Source: Psammoneis japonica (Eukaryota). Taken from it: a stretch of 64,000 bases of DNA. The notes under the pieces are model-generated. The model was not told the DNA's origin. It searched no databases and was given only the letters and a program-made list of their open reading frames with translations. The stretch is taken from contig QPGO01000023.1 of assembly GCA_008632985.1 (NCBI GenBank), forward strand, positions 741,681 through 805,680, given 5' to 3'. Positions 37,300-47,300 of this stretch are shown piece after piece. The number at the start of each line of letters is the position of its first letter. Within the stretch, counting starts at the first letter, position 1. The translations under genes were made by a program, and so were the position numbers.

Positions 37300-39090
37300 G
37301 GAGTGGTCCTTTCCACATCCAATTAAAAAGGAAGACACTGGGCCATGCTGTGCACAAGACTGTGCGAAGCAAAGCACTTTTGTGAGCAGATGCTCAAAAA
37401 GATGAGGTGAAGCACTCATGCAAGATTGGTGCATTGAACAGGGCAGACTGCTTGAAATGGGCAGCACTGTCACTTGCCATTCCAAAAACAGAACAAACAA
37501 CAGTGCAACTTGTCAGTGATTTTTGTGAGCTGAACAAGAGAACAAAGTGGGTGCCTCGCCATGCCCCACACACTCAGGACATGCTCTTAAAACTCAAGGG
37601 TTTCAGTGGACAAGCATTGCTTGATCTGAACATGAGCTGCCACTGCCACATGAAGCTTGGTGATGCAGCATTGCAGAAGCAAGCTTTGGACTTTAATTTT
37701 TCTGTGCAGAAAATGTGAGATGCAATGCCTGCCAATGGGCCCATGCATGCTCAAGTGGCAAGAAGACACTGGAGCCAAGGTCAATGCCTCAAAGTTGTTG
37801 TTCTGTCAAGCTCACTTGGAGCATCTCAGATGCAAGGTTGCCAGCAATGGCGTTCAACCCTTGAGGAAAAAGGTCAAGGCTGTGCAGTGCATTGCCAACC
37901 CAAAGACCAAGAAAGAACTTTGGCCACCATTTGTTGGCATGGTGAGCTGCTGCAAAGATGCACCACAGCACAGATTGAATGCCTTGGCACCCCTTGCAAG
38001 ACTTGCAAGCAAGACCTCTAAATGGGAATGGACTTCTGTCAAGGAGAGTGAAACACTCCAAAATGCCAAGCAAGCAGCATCAAAACAAGGTGCACTCCTT
38101 GCACATCCAGGCTGCAATGTGAGACATTTGAAGTTCACATCGACACATCCAAGTGTCAACTCAGAGCAGTGACATCTTAAGATGACAAACCTGGCCACCA
38201 CACTTTGCAAAAGAAAGCTCAATGGTGCTCAACCAAATTGTGCAACAATGGAACAAGAGCTGCTTGCAACCATCAAGACTTTGAAAGAACTCAGGTCTGC
38301 TCTCCTTGGTCATTGCACCTTTGTGTGCACTGATCATAAAAAATCTCATGCAAAGAATGTTGCCTTGAATCAAGATGTGGTGTCAAAGGTCATCAAAGTT
38401 TGGTTGTAGACTGTCTCAGTGGTCTCAACTTTGAGCCATTTTTGGACTCCAAGTGCAACCCAACAGTTGTAAAAGCCATTGAAGTGCATCCTCTGCATGT
38501 GAGGCCTTCATGAACAAAGTGAAGAAAATTGTGATGATTCCTGTTGGTTTCAAAAAAATTCTTTAACACAAACAGCAAATTGATCAGCACCTGTTGTTCA
38601 GCACTCATGCTTCATGCAATTCATGCTTCATGCAGTTTGCTCCACCGGGTCATTCCATTGAGGAGAAATGTCCAACAAACAGCTGACTTGTGGTCAGGAC
38701 AAAATTTGTGTCCCAAAGTCATTGTAGAAGCAGCTGACTGAGTGGTGCCAGCATGTGCAGTTGGTTGCATCATCCAGGAGAAACATGCACAGAAATCACT
38801 GATTTGCCCAGCATTTCTGCTTGCATGGCAGGAGAGTTGTGGTGTGCTTCATGTGCTCCAAATGGGGCTCATGTCAGAGGATGAAAAGGTGCAATCTCAA
38901 ATGCAGAAAGCTCCCAGAAAAAGTGGCAGAAATTGTCCCTTGGGAGACCCTTTGCATGGATGTGATCAGAGAACATGTGATCAAGTGCAAGAGTGAAACA
39001 CTGTTGCACTTGTGCAGTGACCATGATTGATCCAACAACCAGAAGGCTCAAAATTGTCCAAGCACTAACTGCCAAACATGTTGACATCAC
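37300..39090 (+). mobile_element. Degenerate Ty3/Gypsy pol relic (RT-RNase H-integrase order)
   Basis: WAA...IPK, VSDFCELNKR, QDMLLKLKGF, LDLNM, CLPMG, KVNASK, PKTKKEL..FVGMVSCC, RKLNGAQ.NCAT.EQELLA, VCTDHK, PWETLC.DVI, TMIDP; many stops, frameshifts and Y->C/H changes. Confidence 0.85.
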
Positions 39091-41199
39091 AGCAAATAAG
39101 AAAGTGCCTGCTGGCAACCACCAGCGCACCACAGGGCTGCTGCACAGGCCCTGTCAGAGTCATGCAAGTCAATGACAATGGCACACTTTGTGCACAAGAT
39201 GGTGCATTGATGGACATGCACAATCCAAGGCAGATTGCACCCTGTCATCAGTGGTCCATGCTGGTGCTTTGTGCTGACATTTGTCAAGGGGGAGCATGCA
39301 GCACACAACACTGGCTGGCTGCTGACAGATGTCAGCCATGTCCCATGATGATGTTGAACTTCCAGAGGCAAAGTCAGAGCCCCAGAAGTGCATGCTGCAA
39401 ATGCCCAAGTGAGCTTGCACTCATTTCAGTGAGCGGAAGCATTGGCACAATTGATGGCATCAGTTGTGAGTGATCCATGCACAGAGGTTGTGCAGTGACT
39501 GGCCATGAACATTGTGCCTTGGATGCATGAAAACTGTGTGCAAGGCATGCACTGGCTGTGCAGCACTCAAGTCATAAGCTGAACTTGGAGTGATGCATTT
39601 CATTTGTGGATGAACACACTCACAAAGCTGTGTGAAGTGAGCACAACTTTTGTGCAACCAAACATTTCTTGGCCAAATGAGCTGACTCAGAAATGTTCTC
39701 CCCCAACTGCAGCAGACTGCAATCTGTTGATCTGCCCAAACTCAAACACCAACTTGGTGCACAAGGCAATCTGGCATTTTCTCATGGCAGGATTTCTTGC
39801 CCTGGGAGAAAAAATGTCCTTTTTCTGACATGCAACATTTCCTGCCAGCACTCCAATTGAACAACATCTGCAAGTCAGCACGGTGCTCTCCTGCTCCTTG
39901 TTGTTGGATTGGAGCACTGGCCAGCAGCAACCATGAGCTTTTTGATTTGTGCCCCATTCTGTGGATGAGAAAATAAACTCAGATGTGTTCAAGTTCTAAG
40001 AAACAACTCTGCTCAGGCAAGTCACTTCATTTGTTGCAAATTGGCTCCACAAGTGCATTTTTGTTTGAGCATCTTTCACCACATGTTCAAAAGCCATCTG
40101 TCCACACAGCTGAGTGTGTTGTCAAGAGCATTTGAGTTGCACAAAAGAAGCAGTTGTCTGAGTCACTTTTTGCCAGTTTGATTCAAGTGGTTGCCTGTGC
40201 AACCCATTGTTTGATCTCTTTCTGTTTCTGAGATTTTTCTCTGGTGAGCTGTCGGCATTTTCTTTCTCTTGCTCAATGTCATCTCCCTTCTCATCTTTGC
40301 TGTTTTTTTGTCATCACTGACACCACCACTCTCCAAGGACTCTTCTTGCATCTTGTCTGTGTGCCCCTTGTCAGCGGCATCATCATTGTTGCTGTCGCCA
40401 TCACTGTCTTCTGCTGATGAGGTCATTCTCTGGTGACTTCCAACCTTCCATCAGGTTTTTTGCTGCCCTCTGCTCATTTTGACCCTTTGCTCCAACCTCA
40501 TCAGCCTTCTTGTCTTGCAGGCATTTGTCAGCAACTCACCACCCTTGCTGCTTTCCTCTTGCTTGAGCAAGAGGACTGTGGTGCCACATGAGTGCTCACT
40601 TTTCATTTGGAAAACAGCACAACAATGACAAGGCACTCATGCCAGCATTGGGTTTTTGGCTCGCCCAACTCACCTGATGACAAAGCTGTGGAAGATGAGA
40701 ATGACATCTTGCCAGTTGATGCTTGTCATTCTTGCACCATGTTTCAGTTTTTTGTGCTGGTGGCAGCCGCGGTGCACTGGTTGCTCTAAACTTGACTCAT
40801 CCAACTGTTTTGGCCAACCATGCTAACCCAACATCCAAGTCAATGAGTTCCAACATTTGCAATTTTTTGTGAAGCTTTCCCCCCATTTTGAATCTGAACA
40901 AATGTCCTGAGCTGCTTGACCTTTTCAAACATTGCTGTCAAGCAAAGCTGAGCATGTTGAATTTCACCAAATGTGCTCATTTTTTAACATTTCATTGAAC
41001 AAAGCATTGTGAGAGAACACCATCCAATTCAGCCCCAAAAGAAGCTCAAAGCTTTGTCACCCATTAAAGACTGGGCATCTGTCATGTGTGGCATTCTTGC
41101 TCAGGACTCCACCATGCAACAACTCACCAATCCTTGCTCATGATGTCCCTTGCTTGCACAATTTGTCAATCTTTGCTTGGGGCATGCCAGATGCAGAGC

Positions 41200-42210
41200 T
41201 GTTGCATTTCCCAAAATGGCACGTGGCACCAAGAAGGTTGGCAGGGTTGATCTCTTGTCATGCTGCCACTTTTCACCTCCATGGTGTCTGGGGGAGGAGA
41301 CTTGAAATTTGATGCTGGCTGTGGTGCTGGAGGTCCAAATGGGGTGCACCAGCCAAACATGAGCTGCAGACCAAAGGCTTTGAGGGTGTTTGGTGGGTGC
41401 CAGGCATCATTTTAAAACCATGGCAGACAGTCACAGGGTCAGTCTCTTGCCCATGCAGCCCATTCTCACCTGCACGTCTGGGGTGCAAGACTTGAAACTT
41501 GATGTTGGCTCTGGCACTGGAGGTTGGGGCAGGGTCGTGCATCAGCCAAACAAGTGCAGGCTGAAGGGTCCAAGGGTCTTTGGTGGGTGCCAGGCATCAT
41601 TTTGACAACCATGATGGGACAGCCAAAGGGCGAATCTTTTGTGCCCATGCAGCCACATGCCACCTGCATGTCTTTGGGAGGAGACTTGAAATTTCAAATG
41701 GCTGGGGTGCTGGAGGTCAAAATGGGGCATGCCAGCCAAACAGAAGCTGCAGGCCAAAGGGTCCAAGGGTGTTTGATGGATGCCAGCATGCATCCCTTTA
41801 AGAACCATGTTGGACAGTCACAGGGTCAATCTCTTGCCCATGCAGAGCCACTTCTTGTTGCCTGCAGACATGTTTGGCAAAGGATGCTTGAAGTGTTTGA
41901 TGCTGCCAGTGGTGCTGGAGGCCAAAATGGGTTGCACCAGCCAGACTGCAGGTGAAAGGCTCCAAGGGGGAACCACAACAGACAGTTGCATGGCAAATCT
42001 CTTGTCCATCACACACACAGCCCATTCTCACCTGCCTGGGTGGGAAGGAGACTTAAAATTCAGTGCTGGTGGAGCTGTTGGAGGTCAAAAGGAGGAACAT
42101 GACCTGCCAGCCAAACAACTGCAGGTCAAAGGCTCTGATGGTCTTTGAAAGGTGCCAGGCATCTTTGAAAACTGCCATGGGCTGTTGCAGGGTCAATCTC
42201 TTGCCCATGA
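41200..42210 (+). repeat. Degenerate tandem array, about 5 units of ~165-200 bp
   Basis: Recurring gacttgaaa..tgatg(c/t)tgg, ccagccaaaca, ggtgccaggcatc and cagggtcaatctcttgcccatg; anchors at ~41299, 41489, 41683, 41885, 42050. Confidence 0.8.
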
Positions 42211-42304
42211 GCTGGCTGGGAATCTGGCACATTGGCCTGGGCAGTTGCACCACACTTGCCCATGAGCTGGCTGGGAATCTGGCTCATTGGCCTGGGCAGT
42301 TGCA
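42200..42304 (+). repeat. 55-bp tandem duplication
   Basis: cttgcccatgagctggctgggaatctggc(a/t)cattggcctgggcagttgca at 42200 and 42255. Confidence 0.9.
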
Positions 42305-43111
42305 TCAGCACCAACATGAAAAGAGCTGTCATCTGGAGAACCCAACTCAGCCACTTCATCAGGAACAGCAACACCTTGACCAGAAAGACCAGGAGCTGCA
42401 TGACCAGATCAAATCAGTTGTTTGTTGTGGTGCATGGCCTGGGAAGAGGTGTGTTGGAGGATCCATCAAAGCCTCCTCTCCAAGAACATCTTTTCTCCAT
42501 CATTGGGGAACAAGTGTGGGTTGACAAACAATGGGAGCTCAAACCCACAACTGATGACACAACACCAGTGATGAGCTGCAAACCAAAGCATGAAATCTGT
42601 GCTTCAAGTGCTGCTGCACTTCCCGCAACTCCAGCAACAAGCTGGATGCTGCGCCAAAGCAACCAGCAGCAGCGCTGCTTGTGCCTCCCCAGCAGCAAAG
42701 TGTTGAGCCTTTGGCATGCTTGACTTGAACACAGGCTTTGCCATGGCCAGAGCAAGGTGCTCACAACCAAATTCAGCAAATGTGCCTTGTTCTTCAGCAA
42801 GCAATCATCAACTCTCAAGTGGATCACACCTTCTCCTTGGCTTCCATGCTGCAGTGCTGCACCATGTTCCCAGTTTCTGAGTCATGACCATGAATGTTGT
42901 TGTCATGCAAGCCCAACAGATCTCGCCACTGAGGCCAAAAACAAAAGTGCCAGCCACAGCAGCTGCCCAGCCCAAATGCCATTTCTCAAGTTCTGGCTCT
43001 GGGAAGACACAACCCTCTCAATGATGTCACTGTCCAATGCTGTCCCAGGAGACTGCAAATGCTTGCACACTGCAGCACACCTCATGAGGATGTCTGGATG
43101 TTGATGCAAGT

Positions 43112-43387
43112 TGACAGGATTTGAACAGGATTTAGGTGCGCGCGAAGTATCGCGCGCTGTTTAGTTTACCGTGCACAGTTTTGTGTGCTTTAGTTCCGCG
43201 CGTTCACGCGCGATGTAGTTTGCTTTCGAGCCACAAGGCTCACAAGAATAATAACAGTAGCCCGATTATACCGACTTACACGTCTTTCGGCTCCTGTAAC
43301 GGTCTCTGAGCGGAGACTCATCTGCTATTTAGACAGCAGTAAGGAGTTATTGTTTGAATTCTTGCCATTTGCCTTTATTTTCTGTCA
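43112..43387 (+). repeat. 5' LTR
   Basis: TGACAG...CTGTCA inverted termini; aligns without gaps to 49968-50243; 18 TA dinucleotides. Confidence 0.97.
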
Positions 43388-43402
43388 GATTAACAGTCTT
43401 GC
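43388..43402 (+). promoter_or_regulatory. Putative primer-binding site complementary to the anticodon arm of tRNA-Asn(GUU)
   Basis: GATTAACAGTCTTGC directly after the LTR; its reverse complement GCAAGA-CTGTTAA-TC has an Asn anticodon loop with paired GA/TC stem bases. Confidence 0.65.
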
Positions 43403-44350
43403 TCATTGTCAACCCATTGAGCAACCGCCATCGTCGTCGTTGATTTACCAACGACGCTATTTCAATTCTACGTGGACCCCGTATATATCCTACATACATC
43501 GGCAAGTCTACGCGCATTCAATACCAGGGCATCGGCAGGAAGTTAACGTCACCGTCAAGTCTCCTTACCGCTGGATATCTGGATTGATTATACTACCTTT
43601 GATCGCTGAAGACATACATTCAACGGTCATATCCAAGTCTATCCTTGATCCTCATCCCTTGATATACCTATTCATCGGTTAACGGTCAAGAACCCTACAT
43701 ATTCAAGGATCTTCGTCGCTGAAGACATATATATATATACATATCTTCACGGCCAAGAACCTGTACCCACTCTTCGGACTGCGGTTTTGCTGCCACTCTA
43801 CAAGCACACCGAGTCCATTGCACCTGATCTACCCCGGACTGCTGGTGCTCTACAGTTCTACTAGGTCCACGAGGACGACTGTGAGAGCAAGCAGCCATGA
43901 TTGCAGCCTGCGTTGGGGCGAGGGTGCTTTCCCGCGTTTGTTCGTTCGTCCACAGCGCCCAACGCCTGCGTCAACTGGCCAGCCTGATCGGGAAATCCAA
44001 CCGACATAAAATAAGAACGGTTCGGGGGTCTTGTCCACCTCTGGTCAGCTTACCTGCAGGGGTTTACAACCCGCTGCTCCGCTCGCAAGCAACCCAAAGC
44101 GCCACCAGCTGCGGGTTCGGACGTGCCGGCACAACTCTGCGGACCGGACAGGAAGTTTAGCACTTGACAACGAACGGGATGACAAAGCCCGGCGACTTCT
44201 GATTTTAAGACAGTTCAAGATTTCAAGTCAAGTCCATTTCAAGTCAAGTCTGTTCTCACCCAAGTTTCGAGTCCACCTTCTCACCCAAGTTTCGAGCCCA
44301 CCTTTTCTTCCCAACCAGAATTGATTGTCCTGACACCACTTTTGTCTACC

Positions 44351-47300
44351 ATGGTTCTCACTCGTCAGCAACAAACCGATGGTTTCGAGCACGTGGTTGG
44401 AACCGTGCTTGCCCAAGGTGCTGGGAGTCCTCTCCGTTTGGCTTTGGCCCAAGACGGCACGGACTCGCATCAGGAACTGTTCACGTTCATGCCGTCCCAA
44501 ATCGACTCGCTTGAGTGCGACAACGGCACTAATGTAATCCCTTTGCCCCGTGGTTATAAGAACATGTTAGCAGCACCAGTCAGTCTGTACATTGTCAAAG
44601 CACACAAAGGTCTTGATGTTGCCAACGACTCCTCTTTGTTCACGCATGACGAGTTCCTCGCCTGCCGCCTCAGCCCCGACTGCATGTCTTCTGTGTCCAT
44701 CGGCAGCTCACCCCTTGCACCTCCACATGTCACCAACCCGACCAAGGCACGCGACCCGGTGCAGGACTTCAAGCGAGGCATCAAGCGTGATCCCACCGCT
44801 TTCACGGCCCTCAAATCCGACAAGCAGTGGCACACTTGGCACACCTCACTTGTGGCACAAGCCCGTGCCCAAGACGTCGAGTGCATTCTAGACTCGTCGT
44901 ACAAACCGACCAGCCCCGAAGACAAACTGCTCTTTGCTGAACAGCAAAAGCACATGTTCGCCGTCTTCGAACGCATCCTTCTCACCGACAAGGGCAAGGC
45001 TCTCATTCGCGAAAATGTGGGGTCTTCTGACGCACAGACCGTCTGCCGCTCCTTGTCTGAGTGCGCGCTTGCCTCCACCCGCGCATCTGTCGAGTCCTCC
45101 ACCCTGCTCACGCACCTCACCACCGCGCGTCTCGGTGATGGCACTTGGAAAGGTCCGACCCACGGGTTCATCCTTCATTGGCAAGATCAGTTGCGCAAGT
45201 GCGAGGCACTCATCCCGGCCAGTGACCACTTCTCTGAAGGACAGAAGCGCGTCATGCTCGAGAATGCCGTGCACCCTGTCGAGGAACTCCGTGCTGTCAA
45301 GAACCAAGCTGATCAGCATCGTACGCAGAGTGGCAAGAGCCTCACATGCGATCAATGCTGTGGCTTGCTCCTCTCCGCGGCAGCTCAGTACGACAGCACG
45401 TTTCAACCCAAGACGACACCTCGAGCTCCCCGACGTGCCATGTGCGCACACGACGTCTACTCCGAGGAACCGTCCGACGATGTGTTCTACGACATTGACA
45501 GCGACGTTGACGTCCTCCAAGCCAATGCTGCCTGCACCCGCAGTCCCAGCCTCACCGGTGTCCAATGGAGACGTCTCCCTCCCGACCACCAACGGCTCTG
45601 GGATTCGTTGCCCGATTCCTCCAAGGCGATCATCCTTGAGCATTCTCGTCCACCTCCCCGCAACCCGCGAGCCAGCAACTGCCATGAGTCTGTTACGGCC
45701 AACCTTCACGACCAACGCCTTGGGAGTGACGGTGATGTCAACTTGTCCAACACGACTCCTGCTGACTCTGGTGACTCCGCTCCACATGTGGACGCCACTT
45801 CGGATGATCCCATCCTGGCGCACCTCACCAAGCGCAAGCCACTGCCACCCGGTGATCTGCAACGTCTGTTGTCTCCTAACCAAGCCCCCAATGCCAGTCG
45901 ACCGGGGCCATCCGCCGCTTCCTCTACCCCGCCAGCTTCTGCAGATGACATGGAACTTAACGGCCGCACTTGCCGCCGCGTCAACAACCACAATGTCATT
46001 TGCTCTGCCTCTGCTCATCGCTCCACACGCACTGGCGCTCTAGTCGATCGTGGGGCCAACGGCGGCATTGCTGGCGACGACGTTCGCGTCATTGCACGCA
46101 CCTCTCGCCAAGTCGACGTTCAGGGCATTGACGATCATCAATTGGTGGACATCCCCATTGTCACCGCTGGTGCCGTTGTTGAGACCCAGCGTGGTCCCGT
46201 CATCGCCATCCTCCATCAGTGCGCACACACGGGCAAGGGCAAGACCATCCATTCCTGCGGCCAGCTCGAATGGTACAACCAAGATGTCAACGATCGCTCT
46301 GTCAAGGTGCCCAACGGCTTGCAACGTATTGCCACTCCTGATGGCTGTGTCATCCCCATTGACATCAAGGCTGGCCTGCCTTGTGTTGCCATGCGACCTT
46401 ACAATGACGCCGAATGGGACACCCTGCCCCATGTCATCCTCACCGGTGATGACACATGGGACCCTTCCGTCCTCGATCACTCTGTCACTGACGACGACCA
46501 GTGGTACGACGCGATCTCTGACCCACAGGACGATCCCACTGCCAACCCATTTGACGAATGCGGCAACTACCGTCATCGTGTCGTTGTCAACGAGACCATC
46601 ATGTCCGCTTCCTTGTCTGCCGATCACGCGTCCGCCCTCGATGATCACCTCATTCCGAACGACGACGTGTTCTACGAGTGTCATCTGCATGCGATTGGCC
46701 CCCAGGGCGATGACGTTCCACCTCCGGAGCGCACTGTACAGCCCAAGGACCCCCCCTTCGAGTCCCTCCGGCCTTGCTTTGGCTTCCTACCCACCGATGC
46801 GGTCCGTCGTACTTTTGACTGCACCACGCAGTGCGCCCGCATGCCCGCCGGTACACACCTTCGCAAGGCCTGCAAATCACCCAACCCCGCCCTTAATGTG
46901 CACCGCCGCAACGAGCCCATCGCCACTGACACCGTTTATGCCGACACCCCGGCCGTCGACTCTGGTTGCACCAGCGCCCAACTGTTTGTTGGCACCGAGT
47001 CTACCGTCACTGACGTCTACGGCACTGAGACGGACAAAGAGTTTGTCAACACACTCGAGGATCAGATCCGTGAACGTGGTGCCCCATCCAAACTCATTAG
47101 CGACCGTGCTCAAGTTGAGATCAGCAACAAAGTGCTCGGGATCCTGCGCGCTCTCTTCATCTCTAGCTGGCAAAGTGAGCCTCACCAGCAACACCAAAAC
47201 TTTGCCGAACGTCGACACCCGACTGTGAAGCGCATGGCGAACACTGTCATGGATCGTTTTGGTTCGCCCGCCCACACATGGCTGCTGGCGCTCATGTACG

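Larger units (their letters stand above)
35245..43110. other. TpA- and CpG-depleted block B (nested TE relics)
   Basis: Very few TA or CG dinucleotides over ~8 kb; contains a Gypsy relic and tandem arrays. Confidence 0.8.

Noticed and set aside
41200..42304. CRISPR-like array
   Set aside because: The units are long and degenerate along their whole length, with no repeat/unique-spacer structure and no cas genes, in a eukaryotic context.
22330..43110. The many short overlapping ORFs in the TA-depleted blocks (22.3-29.3 and 35.2-43.1 kb) as real genes
   Set aside because: They are explained by loss of TAA/TAG stops; they are Tyr-free and have no coherent domains apart from TE fragments.
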